A DNA stretch of 64,000 bases from an uncultured Lachnospiraceae bacterium (GCA_910587935.1 CAJUNP010000013.1:2070-66069), one strand, 5' to 3'. Shown: positions 45,416 to 54,369, counted from the stretch's first letter. Numbers and translations are program-made. The notes: generated by a model from the sequence alone, not told the origin.

Positions 45416-45530
45416 CAGGAACTTTGAAACTTCATGAAAGTTTTACCAAATACTTATTTCTTTTTTTTTCTTAATGAGTTATAATATTGCTCAGAAAAAG
45501 CAATTCTAATTACAACTGGAGGTAATGAAT

Positions 45531-46394
45531 ATGTTAGTATCAGCAACTGAAATGCTTAAAAAAGCAAAAGCTGGCCACTATGCGGTAGGTCAGTTCAACA
45601 TTAATAACTTAGAGTGGACAAAGGCAATCCTTTTAACTGCTCAGGAGAACAATTCTCCCGTTATCCTTGGCGTATCCGAAGGTGCAGGCAAGTATATGGG
45701 CGGTTATGACGCGGTCGTAGGCATGGTTAACGGTCTGATCAAGGATCAGAATATTACCGTTCCCGTAGCGCTTCATCTGGACCACGGCAGCTATGAGCAC
45801 TGCTACAAATGTATTGAAGCAGGCTTCTCATCGGTTATGTTTGACGGTTCCCATTATCCCATCGACGAGAATGTAGCCAAGACTACCGAGCTTGTTAAGG
45901 CAGCGCATGACAAAGGAATCTCTATCGAAGCGGAAGTTGGTTCTATCGGCGGTGAAGAAGACGGCGTAATCGGTATGGGCGAATGTGCAGATCCTAACGA
46001 ATGTAAGGCAATCGCAGATCTGGGCGTAGATTTTCTGGCAGCAGGTATCGGTAATATCCATGGCAAATATCCTGAGAACTGGAAAGGTTTAAGCTTCGAG
46101 ACGCTGGATGCGGTTCAGCAGCTTACAGGGGAACTTCCTCTGGTTCTTCACGGCGGTACGGGTATTCCTACCGACATGATCCAGAAAGCAATCTCTTTAG
46201 GCGTAGCGAAGATTAACGTAAATACCGAGTGCCAGCTTGCATTTGCAGCTGCTACCCGTAAATATATCGAAGAAGGCAAGGATCAGCAGGGTAAAGGTTT
46301 TGATCCCCGTAAGCTTCTTGCACCCGGTTTTGAAGCAATCAAAGCAACCGTAAAAGAGAAAATGGAGATTTTCGGATCTGTTGGAAAAGCTTGA
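45531..46394 (+). CDS. fba: Class II fructose-1,6-bisphosphate aldolase
   Basis: ATG 45531 lies 8 nt after GGAGG; ATG 45525 is too close to the RBS. Motifs VALHLDHG, MFDGSH, NIHGKY, LVLHGGTG. Confidence 0.95.
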   Translation: MLVSATEMLKKAKAGHYAVGQFNINNLEWTKAILLTAQENNSPVILGVSEGAGKYMGGYDAVVGMVNGLIKDQNITVPVALHLDHGSYEHCYKCIEAGFSSVMFDGSHYPIDENVAKTTELVKAAHDKGISIEAEVGSIGGEEDGVIGMGECADPNECKAIADLGVDFLAAGIGNIHGKYPENWKGLSFETLDAVQQLTGELPLVLHGGTGIPTDMIQKAISLGVAKINVNTECQLAFAAATRKYIEEGKDQQGKGFDPRKLLAPGFEAIKATVKEKMEIFGSVGKA

Positions 46395-46486
46395 GACAGG
46401 TTAGAGAACAGATTGTTTCCTGGTTAAGAGACAGTAACCCCTGCAGAGATTATGGTTTGGGGCGATAAGGAAGCAATTTCAGATTA

Positions 46487-46552
46487 GGCGGTATAGCCCC
46501 AATTATAAGGGCTGTACCGTCTTTTCTTGCGCTCTGTGAGCGCAATTTTTTT
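46487..46552 (+). terminator. Two tandem rho-independent terminators after fba
   Basis: Hairpin 1: GGCGGTATAGCCC (46487-46499) pairs with GGGCTGTACCGTC (46509-46521), then TTTT. Hairpin 2: TTGCGCTC (46527-46534) pairs with GAGCGCAA (46538-46545), then TTTTTTT. Confidence 0.7.
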
Positions 46553-46609
46553 CAAATCTACACAATAGATTCAAATTTCTCTGTTACAATTACGATTAGG
46601 AGGTGCGCT

Positions 46610-46702
46610 ATGAGTAAAATCTTAATTGTTGAGGACGATTTATCGATACAGGCATTACTGCATGACTTTATACAGGAAGCCGGATATAGTGTTGCTTTAT
46701 AA
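46610..46702 (+). pseudogene. Response regulator gene fragment (first 30 codons only)
   Basis: RBS AGGAGGTG, then ATG, encoding MSKILIVEDDLSIQALLHDFIQEAGYSVAL followed by TAA. This is a canonical OmpR-family receiver N-terminus that stops before the acceptor Asp. Confidence 0.8.
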
Positions 46703-46779
46703 CATATAGATTTATTTTACAGGCAGCGCCTGAAAATTATCAATATGACATAGAAGATGCTGAATGGTGGATTTGCTTT

Positions 46780-47312
46780 TTGCCCAGCGATTTATCGAGA
46801 GAAAATAAGGAATACGCTTATATTTGGCTTGAAAGTACGGATAATGAAATACGGAATAGCTATGAAAATGAGTTTGAACTGCACTTCTTTCAGTCTGACG
46901 GACAGGAAGTAAGTTTACATGATATTAACCAGCCGATCGACGGGCATATCACCGATTTTGATAAAATTGAAAAAACCAAAGCCTATACGGTTACATTTGC
47001 CGACAGTGATTCGCTCTATACTCTATTGTTGACAAGAAATCCTGCTAAACATACGCAGACAGAGGAAGCTATACAAAAAACACTTCCGGCGCTCGGTATT
47101 GTCGTTTTAGCAGGCTCGATCATTTCAGCTTTCTTCTATTCATGGTATATGACTGCACCCATTAAGAAAGTGAGCAAACTTTCAAAGCAAATGGCAGATT
47201 TGGATTTTACCGGATGGGATTGTATATTGTGAAAACGATCCTTAATTTGCATGGTGCAAAAATTGAAATTGCCAATACTGTTCCAGGTGTTATCGTTGAC
47301 CTGCAGTTTTAG
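46780..47312 (+). pseudogene. Sensor histidine kinase remnant with internal deletion (sensor + TM + HAMP start joined out of frame to the extreme C-terminus of HATPase_c)
   Basis: The frame 46780-47232 encodes an extracytoplasmic segment, TM helix ALGIVVLAGSIISAFFYSWYM and HAMP-like TAPIKKVSKLSKQMADLDF, then stops. A +1 frame from about 47211 reads RMGLYIVKTILNLHGAKIEIANTVPGVIVDLQF (G2 box and C-terminus). The H-box, N-box and G1 box are absent, and TM1 and a start codon are also missing. Confidence 0.75.
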
Positions 47313-47425
47313 CGCTTATATTAAAAAACATATTCAATTCAAAGTAGATTCAAGTTAGGACGGTATTCTTTAACTGTACCCGGAAAAAGTAACAAAACCG
47401 TTGTTCACAGAAAGGAGATTCTACT

Positions 47426-47744
47426 ATGAAAAAATGTTTACGCATCATCTTTGCCACCTTCTTAACGGTAAGTGCGCTAACAGGGTGCGCAAGCCAAAGT
47501 AATTTGGCTTTGCGAAATTCTTCGCCCGAACAAAGCAATGCTGCCGTGCAGAGTAGCGAATCCAATGCAAAATTACTTGAATGGTCTAAGTGAAGAAGAA
47601 ATCGTGGATGGCGATATCAAAAAAATGCTTATAGACAAGTCGGATGAACTTGCAAATAGCTTGTCTACCGAAAATATGAAGCTATCGCCTTGCGAAGTTT
47701 ATTTGATTGAAATCCACAATGCAGGAACAGAAATCACCAAATAA
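47426..47744 (+). pseudogene. Putative lipoprotein gene interrupted by a frameshift
   Basis: RBS AAAGGAGA, then ATG 47426, encoding MKKCLRIIFATFLTVSALTGCAS (lipobox). That frame stops at 47593. An overlapping frame (47538-47744) continues for 68 codons to a strong terminator. Confidence 0.4.
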
Positions 47745-47778
47745 AAAGCAATCGCCAAATTATCCCTGAAAAGGGAGG

Positions 47779-47812
47779 ATGCCAGGTAAATAGAATTTAC
47801 CTGGCATTTATT
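47779..47812 (+). terminator. Rho-independent terminator
   Basis: 12-bp stem ATGCCAGGTAAA (47779-47790) pairs with TTTACCTGGCAT (47796-47807), followed by TTATT. Confidence 0.65.
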
Positions 47813-48217
47813 ATGAAAAAGTTATTTATATCAATAGCTTGATAATGTCGTTTGAAATGAAGTGGTTTTATTTGATATATTTAGTATAGGAGATATTTTT
47901 GACAAAAGAATGGAAAGGGATTGAAGTTTTATTGAATGATTTGTAAATAAAATGTGAACAGGGAACAAGATGCAATGTATATTTTTTGCAAGTAAGTTGA
48001 ATTAAAAAAATGAAAAAGTGCAGTTGAATTTGATTTTATATCAGTATAAAATTAAATTGATATGAGTTATCTTCACTGTAATTCCATTGTAATAGAAAGG
48101 TGGAATGAAGTATGGAAGCCAAAAACAGCAATAGCATATACCGGTTGCAGCCTAAGTTTCTGGTCAAGGAAGAGCAAAAAGCGCAGGAAGAAAATAGAGA
48201 ACCCATTATCATCCCTC

Positions 48218-48304
48218 ACTTCAGTAATTCAGGAGATAATGGGTCATGCAAACACCTCCATAGCGATGGATATATGTGCCAAAGCTACGGAGGAAACTGC
48301 TTAA
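48218..48304 (+). pseudogene. Tyrosine integrase C-terminal stub
   Basis: TSVIQEIMGHANTSIAMDICAKATEETA matches the conserved integrase tail (.iQe.mGH..i.tTmdiYa.). The catalytic Tyr position reads Cys. Upstream codons show no integrase similarity. The stop overlaps the ppiB stop. Confidence 0.55.
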
Positions 48305-48822
48305 AGCTTCTCCGGTTCAGGATATTCCACTCCGAAAGTCTCGACGGTAACCGTCTGCATTACTTGATTTTCAAGAGGTCTGTCGGAATAATCGGTAGGC
48401 GTTTCAGCAATACGGTTCACCACTTCCATACCTTCTATTACCTTCCCGAAAGCGGCATACTGGCCGTCTAAGTGCGGACTGGTTTTGTGCATAATAAAAA
48501 ACTGGGAACCGGCGGAGTCCGGCATCATGCTGCGGGCCATGGAAAGAACGCCCTCCGTGTGTTTCAGATCGTTGTCCACGCCGTTTGCGGAAAATTCTCC
48601 CTTAATACTGTAACCGGGGCCGCCCATGCCGTTTCCTTCCGGGTCGCCGCCCTGAATCATGAAGCCGCGGATAACACGGTGGAAAATCAGACCGTCATAA
48701 AAATATTTTTGAATCAGGCTGATAAAATTATTGACGGAAACGGGTGCAATTTCGGGATACAGTTCCGCTTTGATTACATCCCCGTTTTCCATAGTAAAAG
48801 TTACAACAGGATTTTGTGCCAT
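48301..48822 (-). CDS. ppiB: Peptidyl-prolyl cis-trans isomerase, cyclophilin type
   Basis: 173 aa. Motifs FHRVIRGFMIQGGDP, GPGYSIKGEF, LSMARS...DSAGSQFFI. Confidence 0.95.
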   Translation of the reverse strand: MAQNPVVTFTMENGDVIKAELYPEIAPVSVNNFISLIQKYFYDGLIFHRVIRGFMIQGGDPEGNGMGGPGYSIKGEFSANGVDNDLKHTEGVLSMARSMMPDSAGSQFFIMHKTSPHLDGQYAAFGKVIEGMEVVNRIAETPTDYSDRPLENQVMQTVTVETFGVEYPEPEKL

Positions 48823-48920
48823 ATTATTTCTTCCCTTCTGTTTGGTTATATAATACTCATAATAACCATTGTAACGGAAAATAGCGGGAACGTAAAGCTA
48901 AAGTATACAAAAGGAGCGCC

Positions 48921-49781
48921 ATGTTACGAAACGTTATAATTATTTTTGATAAATGTTATATGTCTGGTTTCAATACAAAGTATGAGTCTGGTCTGGAGCA
49001 AATCAGACAGGAAATGCAGCAACAGGGAATTTCTCTGCAGTGGCAGGCTGCCGCAGCGGGGGAAGATCTGGCAAAGGAAAGCCAGGGGTGCCTGTATATA
49101 ACCGACAGCCCTGAAATTTTTGAAGCGCTTAAATTAAAAGGCTTTTATGCAGCGGCATTAATGCATGACGGGAACGGCGGCGTGTCGTTTCAGGGAAATT
49201 GTTATATTCTGCAGGGATTGGAAGGAATGGAGTATGCCTATCTGGAGGATGTTTACCGAAGGCTGGCGGGACAGCCATGGGATATTTTGGAGACAGGGAG
49301 GCTTAAGGTAAGGGAGAGCACAGTGGAAGACGTGGACGAATTTTACAGGATTTACAGGGAACCGTCCATTACTTATTACATGGAAAATTTGTTTGAACAG
49401 CCGGACATGGAAAAGGCTTATATAAAAAATTATATCCGGCAGGTCTACGGATTTTACGGTTACGGTCTCTGGACCGTGCTTTTAAAAGAAACAGGGCAGG
49501 TGATTGGACGCGCCGGATTAAGCGTAAGGGACGGCTATGAATTGCCGGAGCTTGGATTTGTAATCGAAACGTCGCAGCAGAGAAAAGGATATGCATACGA
49601 AGTGTGCAAAGCCATTCTTAATTATACTAAAGAAGAACTACAGTTTGGCGCAGTGCAGGCACTGGTTCAGGAAGAAAATAAAGCGTCGGTCAGTCTTTTG
49701 AACAGGCTGGGATTTACGTATCGGGAGAAAGTGTATGAGGAGGGAACGGATTATCTTTTATATGTGAAGACACTGGACTAA
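48921..49781 (+). CDS. GNAT N-acetyltransferase (RimJ/RimL-like C-terminal domain) with uncharacterised N-terminal domain
   Basis: 286 aa. C-terminal half LKVRESTVEDVDEFYRIY ... GYGLWTVLLKETGQVIGRAGL ... ELGFVIETSQQRKGYAYEVCKAILNY. The N-terminal roughly 130 aa have no motif I recognise. The start is uncertain. Confidence 0.7.
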   Translation: MLRNVIIIFDKCYMSGFNTKYESGLEQIRQEMQQQGISLQWQAAAAGEDLAKESQGCLYITDSPEIFEALKLKGFYAAALMHDGNGGVSFQGNCYILQGLEGMEYAYLEDVYRRLAGQPWDILETGRLKVRESTVEDVDEFYRIYREPSITYYMENLFEQPDMEKAYIKNYIRQVYGFYGYGLWTVLLKETGQVIGRAGLSVRDGYELPELGFVIETSQQRKGYAYEVCKAILNYTKEELQFGAVQALVQEENKASVSLLNRLGFTYREKVYEEGTDYLLYVKTLD

Positions 49782-49823
49782 GTAAAAAATTGCAACATAA
49801 AAAATTGCATGTTGAAAATAGTA

Positions 49824-49852
49824 TTGACATTTCCTGTTTATTACGGTAAAGT
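49824..49852 (+). promoter_or_regulatory. Possible sigma-A promoter
   Basis: TTGACA (49824-49829), 17-nt spacer, TAAAGT (49847-49852). It lies about 180 nt upstream of the next gene. Confidence 0.3.
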
Positions 49853-50032
49853 AAAGCTACCGTGATAGCAGGACGCTGCTATATATCAGTAATATTTCTT
49901 ATATTTATCAATTTATTAATTCTGAGTTCTATGGAATTCCGGCTGTATCAGCCTAGTTTCAGTATTTTGTGCCGTTATATAATTAAGAGCATGTAGACAA
50001 CAAATGGGTAATTTTATTTGGGAGGATTACTA

Positions 50033-50431
50033 TTGAGGGGAAAATTAACAAAGCATTGGAGGCAGGAGTTGAGATGCCTGCTTGAAGACCAGCGAAAGAC
50101 CGAATACTTTGTGAAAAAATTATTACGCCGTATTTTTGAAGAAGATGTTATTTTATGCGGCCTGCGTACAAGTACACCCGAAAAAGAGAAAAAATTGGCC
50201 GATACCGACGCGGTGGTTCTGAAGCTGACTGTTTTAACGGGCCGGCAGGAAAGAGATATACTATTAAGAATCTGTGAAGAGACGGCGGACAGGGAATCCG
50301 CGACAGCTGTTATCCTGCATTATTACTGCGTGGAAGCGCCGGCGATTCTGGTTGACAGCGGTACGGCGGAGATCCGTGTAACCGTTGATTCCGAATTGGA
50401 AGACCTGATTTGGCAGACCGCAGATCATTAA
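50033..50431 (+). CDS. Hypothetical protein
   Basis: TTG 50033 lies 7 nt after GGGAGG; the track starts at TTG 50018. About 132 aa with no recognised motif. Lies upstream of CotF-like genes. Confidence 0.4.
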   Translation: MRGKLTKHWRQELRCLLEDQRKTEYFVKKLLRRIFEEDVILCGLRTSTPEKEKKLADTDAVVLKLTVLTGRQERDILLRICEETADRESATAVILHYYCVEAPAILVDSGTAEIRVTVDSELEDLIWQTADH

Positions 50432-50512
50432 TAAAAATTAATATTTTCAATATGAATAAAAGCCATGCTTCTGCACACAATAAGTTTGTATAAACTTCAA
50501 GGAGGCATGGAA

Positions 50513-50698
50513 ATGACAAACATCTCAGAATTAGAACTTCAGAATTTACGTCATCTGATCGGCGGTTTTGACACCACCCACTGTAAGATGAAAGAGTATG
50601 CATCCTGTGCGCAGGACGCAAAAGTAAAACAGTTTTTTGAAAAAGGCGCACAGTCGGCACAGGAAAACAAACAGACGCTCATGAAATTTTTGCAGTAA
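50513..50698 (+). CDS. Small spore-coat-associated (CotF-neighbour) protein
   Basis: ATG 50513 lies 7 nt after GGAGG, giving 61 aa. Helical and Cys-containing (THCKMKEYASCAQDAKVKQFFEKGAQSAQENKQ). Paired with a Coat-F-like gene, as commonly seen in Clostridia. Confidence 0.45.
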   Translation: MTNISELELQNLRHLIGGFDTTHCKMKEYASCAQDAKVKQFFEKGAQSAQENKQTLMKFLQ

Positions 50699-50713
50699 AG
50701 GAAGGTGTAAAGT

Positions 50714-50974
50714 ATGGAAATGCAGGAAAAGACAATGGTAGCCGATACCCTGACCGGTATCAACGGAGAATTGGTACGTTACGCAGAGATGATCCCCCAG
50801 ACGGAGAATAAAGAATTGAAACAGACATTGAAACAGTTCCGCATGGCCTGCGAGCAGTCACAGGAAGAACTGTATCAGATCGCAAGGGACAAATCATACT
50901 ACGTTCCGGCGCAGAAAGCGACCACAGAAGAAGTAGAACACGTAAAAGGACTTTTTACTTCTAAGACTCTTTAA
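50714..50974 (+). CDS. Spore coat protein, Coat F (CotF)-like
   Basis: 86 aa. RBS AAGGAAGGTG. MVADTLTGINGELVRYAEMIPQTENKELKQTLKQFRMACEQSQEELYQIARDKSYY matches the Coat_F helical pattern. Confidence 0.6.
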   Translation: MEMQEKTMVADTLTGINGELVRYAEMIPQTENKELKQTLKQFRMACEQSQEELYQIARDKSYYVPAQKATTEEVEHVKGLFTSKTL

Positions 50975-51183
50975 AAATGAATGCGTAATATAGAGTAAGA
51001 CGAAAGAAAAAGGCAGGGCTCATTTTCGACAGGAAGGTGGGCTTTGTCAGATACATAACTACAAGTAGCCAATTATTGTCTTTTTTTGGTTTTTTTGGTT
51101 TATTTTTAAACAACCTCTTGTTTCGTGGGAAAACCTTTGCTACTATAAAGTCAGAACCTTTAACCGGTTAGTAAATAAAGATA

Positions 51184-51930
51184 ATGGAGGGACGAATTTT
51201 GAGAATTTATAAGGCGAAAGATTATGATGAGATGAGCAGAAAGGCTGCTAATATTATTTCGGCACAGGTTATTTTAAAGCCGGACTGTGTTTTGGGACTG
51301 GCAACCGGATCTACGCCGATTGGCACCTATAAAAAGCTGATCGAATGGTACGAAAAGGGAGATCTTGATTTTTCCGAAGTGACCAGCGTGAATCTTGACG
51401 AATACAAAGGACTGGATAAAGAAAACGATCAAAGCTACTATTATTTTATGCATACGAATTTCTTTAATTACGTTAATATCAGTCCGGACAGCATTAACCT
51501 TCCTAACGGTATGGAACCGGACAGTGATAAAGAGTGTGCAAGATACGATGAAGTGATTCGTTCCGTTGGCGGCGTGGATCTGCAGCTTTTAGGACTTGGC
51601 CATAACGGACATATCGGTTTTAACGAGCCGGCGGAAGAGTTCAAAAAAGGAACGCACTGCGTTGACCTGCAGGCAAGCACGATCGAAGCTAACGCAAGAT
51701 TTTTCGCAAGCATGGATGAAGTTCCCAAACAGGCGTATACTATGGGAATCAGAACCATTATGTCTGCAAAGAAGATTCTTGTAGTTGTAAGCGGCGCAGA
51801 CAAAGCGGGCATTGTTAAAAAAGCGTTTACCGGCCCTGTTACTCCTCATGTGCCGGCGTCTCTCTTACAGATGCACTCGGATGTAACCGTTGTCGGTGAT
51901 GCGGCGGCATTGTCAGAATTGGATATCTGA
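51184..51930 (+). CDS. nagB: Glucosamine-6-phosphate deaminase
   Basis: Motifs LGLATGSTP and LLGLGHNGHIGFNEP. The true start may be TTG 51199 (8 nt after GGAGGG), which gives MRIYKAKDY. Confidence 0.95.
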   Translation: MEGRILRIYKAKDYDEMSRKAANIISAQVILKPDCVLGLATGSTPIGTYKKLIEWYEKGDLDFSEVTSVNLDEYKGLDKENDQSYYYFMHTNFFNYVNISPDSINLPNGMEPDSDKECARYDEVIRSVGGVDLQLLGLGHNGHIGFNEPAEEFKKGTHCVDLQASTIEANARFFASMDEVPKQAYTMGIRTIMSAKKILVVVSGADKAGIVKKAFTGPVTPHVPASLLQMHSDVTVVGDAAALSELDI

Positions 51931-51944
51931 GGAAAGGATATTTT

Positions 51945-53069
51945 ATGATAATCAAAAATGTTAAAGTATTTCAGGATAACGGAGTTTTCGTGCCGGGAGA
52001 GATTTATATTGAAGGTGACAAATTTACCGATTCATCTGACGGCGCGGGGCAGGAAGTTATTGACGGGAACGGCTGCTATGCAATTCCGGGTCTGACGGAT
52101 GTTCATTTTCATGGATGTGTGGGTTATGACTTTTGCGACGGCACAGTGGAAGCCATTAAGGCAATGGCCGAATATGAACTGGATAACGGCGTGACCGCGA
52201 TTGCTCCCGCAACTATGACTCTTTCCGAAGAAATGCTGACGGAGGTTGCCCGCGCGGCAGCGGCTTATGACGGCAGGACAGGAGCCGACCTGGTGGGAAT
52301 TAATATGGAAGGCCCTTTCATTTCCATGGAAAAGAAAGGCGCACAGAATCCCGCGTATATTCATAAACCGGATGCGGCAATGTTCAGGCGTCTGCAGGAA
52401 GAATCGGGCAATAAATTTAAGCTCTGTGCCATTGCTCCGGAGGTAGAGGGCGCAATTGATTTTATCCGTGAACTGAAGGACGAGGTAGTGCTTTCCGTTG
52501 CCCATACCACTGCGGATTATGATACGGCTAAGGCAGCGTTTGGCGCAGGTGCAAGACAAGTAACGCATTTGTTTAACGCCATGCCTCCGTTTACACATCG
52601 TGCGCCGGGCGTTGTTGGGGCGGCTTGTGATAATGAGGAAGTAAAGGTAGAGATGATCTGCGATGGTGTGCATATGCATCCATCCGTAATACGTACGGCC
52701 TTTAAGATGTTTGGCGACGACAGGATTATTATGATCAGCGACAGTATGATGGCCACCGGCAAACCGGATGGAACCTATGCCCTTGGCGGACAGGATGTAA
52801 CGGTTAAGGGCAACGTGGCGACGCTTACGGAAGGCGGCGCAATTGCAGGGAGCGTTACAAACCTGATGAACTGTGTCCGTTATGCTGTAAAGGAGGCCGG
52901 AATTCCTCTGGAAAGCGCGGTTAAGTGCGCCGCTGTTAATCCGGCGAAAGCGATAGGCATTTTTGACAGATATGGAAGCATTGCCGCAGGAAAGTATGCG
53001 AATGTCGTACTACTGGATCAAGATTTGAATATTGAGCATATCATTAAGAGTGGAACAGTTGTGAAATAA
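51945..53069 (+). CDS. nagA: N-acetylglucosamine-6-phosphate deacetylase
   Basis: 374 aa. Motifs PGLTDVHFHG, NMEGPF, VAHTTA, THLFNAM, ISDSM. Confidence 0.95.
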   Translation: MIIKNVKVFQDNGVFVPGEIYIEGDKFTDSSDGAGQEVIDGNGCYAIPGLTDVHFHGCVGYDFCDGTVEAIKAMAEYELDNGVTAIAPATMTLSEEMLTEVARAAAAYDGRTGADLVGINMEGPFISMEKKGAQNPAYIHKPDAAMFRRLQEESGNKFKLCAIAPEVEGAIDFIRELKDEVVLSVAHTTADYDTAKAAFGAGARQVTHLFNAMPPFTHRAPGVVGAACDNEEVKVEMICDGVHMHPSVIRTAFKMFGDDRIIMISDSMMATGKPDGTYALGGQDVTVKGNVATLTEGGAIAGSVTNLMNCVRYAVKEAGIPLESAVKCAAVNPAKAIGIFDRYGSIAAGKYANVVLLDQDLNIEHIIKSGTVVK

Positions 53070-53098
53070 ATTTGACTGATATCTCCAAGAATATAATA

Positions 53099-53134
53099 CA
53101 AAAACTGCGTCTGGTTTTGCCAGGCGCAGTTTTT
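53099..53134. terminator. Bidirectional rho-independent terminator
   Basis: AAAACTGCGTCTGG (53101-53114) pairs with CCAGGCGCAGTTTT (53120-53133). Confidence 0.8.
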
Positions 53135-53149
53135 GTGTAATGATATCGG

Positions 53150-53461
53150 CTATTTGCGATGTAATCCTTTTGAGACTGCCAGTACTGTATGAAGCTGCGT
53201 ATCATCCAAGTATTTTAGTTCTTCCAGAATTTCGTTAATTAAAGGCGGGTTTGTAACATCCGTGTCAAAAAAATCTTTTGGTGTAATATCCAGATATTCA
53301 CAGATATAGAAAAAGGCAGCCATGGAGGGAAAGGCAAGTTTGTTTTCAATACGGTTAATATAACTGCAGTTTTGTCCGATAGCCAGGCTCATTTCTCTTG
53401 CAGAAACATTTTTCTGCATACGTAAAAAGGCGATTCTGTCAGCAAAAAAATCTTCATACAT
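53150..53461 (-). CDS. XRE-family helix-turn-helix transcriptional regulator
   Basis: About 103 aa from ATG 53461. HTH VSAREMSLAIGQNCSYINRIENKLAFPSMAAFFYICEYLDITPKDFF. Confidence 0.8.
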   Translation of the reverse strand: MYEDFFADRIAFLRMQKNVSAREMSLAIGQNCSYINRIENKLAFPSMAAFFYICEYLDITPKDFFDTDVTNPPLINEILEELKYLDDTQLHTVLAVSKGLHRK

Positions 53462-53670
53462 AAATATCACCCTCCTATAAGTTATTATATGCTATAACTC
53501 TTTTGAAATCAGATATTGAAAATAGTAAAATAGACGAAACAAGATATAGTATGACCTGAAGTGCACAATTTAAGATATCAAATCATTAAAATAACATATT
53601 CCGGAAGATGGTACTGCATGACATCATATAAATTAGAAAATTTACTATGTGGGCAGAAGGGGGTATTGTT

Positions 53671-54369
53671 ATGTTAAATTATATTTGGGCATTTATGATT
53701 TTGGTGGGAGTTCTTTTCGGAGCGGTCACGGGAAAAATGGAGGCTGTTACAAACGCGGCAATTGATTCGGCAGGAGAAGCCGTTTCCTTATGCGTCACCA
53801 TGCTTGGTGTTATGGCTTTATGGGTAGGACTTATGGAAATTGCCAGGAATTCCGGCCTGATTGCTAAGATGACCCGGGGGATACAGCCTTTTATTTCTTT
53901 TATGTTTCCGAAAATTCCCCAGGGTCATGCGGCAAGAGAATACATTTCGACGAATATTATTGCGAATGTTATGGGATTAGGCTGGGCCTGTACGCCGGCA
54001 GGATTGAAGGCCATGGAGGAGCTGGCGAAGCTGGAGGAGGAGAGGGGGACGCCGGGATATGTGTCGGCAGGGGAAGGCATTTTTGCAGACGGAAAGAAAA
54101 AGGGGAACAAGACAGGTAAGAGCGGCGTTGAGTTGCCCGTGGTGGCAAATGGAAAGAGCGGCAGGGTTGCCAGCAATGAGATGTGCACGTTTTTGATTTT
54201 GAATATTTCTTCTTTGCAATTAATACCCGTGAATATGATCGCGTACAGAAGCCAGTATGGGAGCGTGAATCCGGCGGGGATTATTGCGCCGGCGATTGTG
54301 GCGACGTTTGTCAGTACGGCGGTAGCGGTGGTATATTGTAAGGTGAAGGATGGGAGGCGGAGAGTTTGA
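53671..54369 (+). CDS. spmA: Spore maturation protein A / nucleoside-recognition (Gate) domain membrane protein
   Basis: ATG 53671 follows GAAGGGGG. MLNYIWAFMILVGVLFGAVTG ... ANVMGLGWACTPAGLKAMEEL ... MCTFLILNISSLQLIPVNMIAYRSQYGS.NPAGIIAPAIVATFVSTAVAVVYCKV. It contains an unusually long G/K-rich loop (GYVSAGEGIFADGKKKGNKTGKSGVELPVVANGKSG). Confidence 0.85.
   Translation: MLNYIWAFMILVGVLFGAVTGKMEAVTNAAIDSAGEAVSLCVTMLGVMALWVGLMEIARNSGLIAKMTRGIQPFISFMFPKIPQGHAAREYISTNIIANVMGLGWACTPAGLKAMEELAKLEEERGTPGYVSAGEGIFADGKKKGNKTGKSGVELPVVANGKSGRVASNEMCTFLILNISSLQLIPVNMIAYRSQYGSVNPAGIIAPAIVATFVSTAVAVVYCKVKDGRRRV
54001..54369 (+). repeat. Direct repeat copy A: 3' end of spmA (in frame, part of the intact gene)
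   Basis: Homologous to 56641-56941. Shares the block GLKAMEELAKLE and the last roughly 70 codons. The identical 15-mer CTGGCGAAGCTGGAG is at 54022-54036. Confidence 0.85.

Larger units (their letters stand above)
46553..48304. mobile_element. AT-rich remnant of a horizontally acquired element (gene fragments only)
   Basis: Contains a 30-codon response-regulator stub, an internally deleted histidine kinase, a frameshifted lipoprotein gene, about 250 nt of AT-rich non-coding DNA and a tyrosine-integrase C-terminal stub abutting the 3' end of ppiB. Confidence 0.45.

Noticed and set aside
49783-49830. AAAAAATTGCA direct repeat and CAACAT/ATGTTG inverted repeat after the GNAT gene
   Set aside because: These are short AT-rich repeats in an intergenic region. 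The stem is only 6 bp, and they are neither a convincing terminator nor a recognisable operator.
50975-51183. Possible riboswitch or ribozyme in the 209-nt leader before nagB
   Set aside because: The glmS ribozyme belongs upstream of glmS, not nagB, and I cannot trace its conserved core here. The region contains only a T-rich tract (TTTTTTTGGT twice) and two AACCTTT copies 21 nt apart. It could be an operator, but the evidence is too weak to call.
52032-52679. 215-aa minus-strand ORF
   Set aside because: Antisense to nagA, which has clear amidohydrolase motifs.
53150-53461. XRE regulator as part of the spmA-inserted cassette or the cas locus
   Set aside because: It lies upstream of the intact 5' part of spmA, outside the duplicated boundaries and on the opposite strand. 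Its GC content is similar to the core genes, so there is no evidence linking it to the island.
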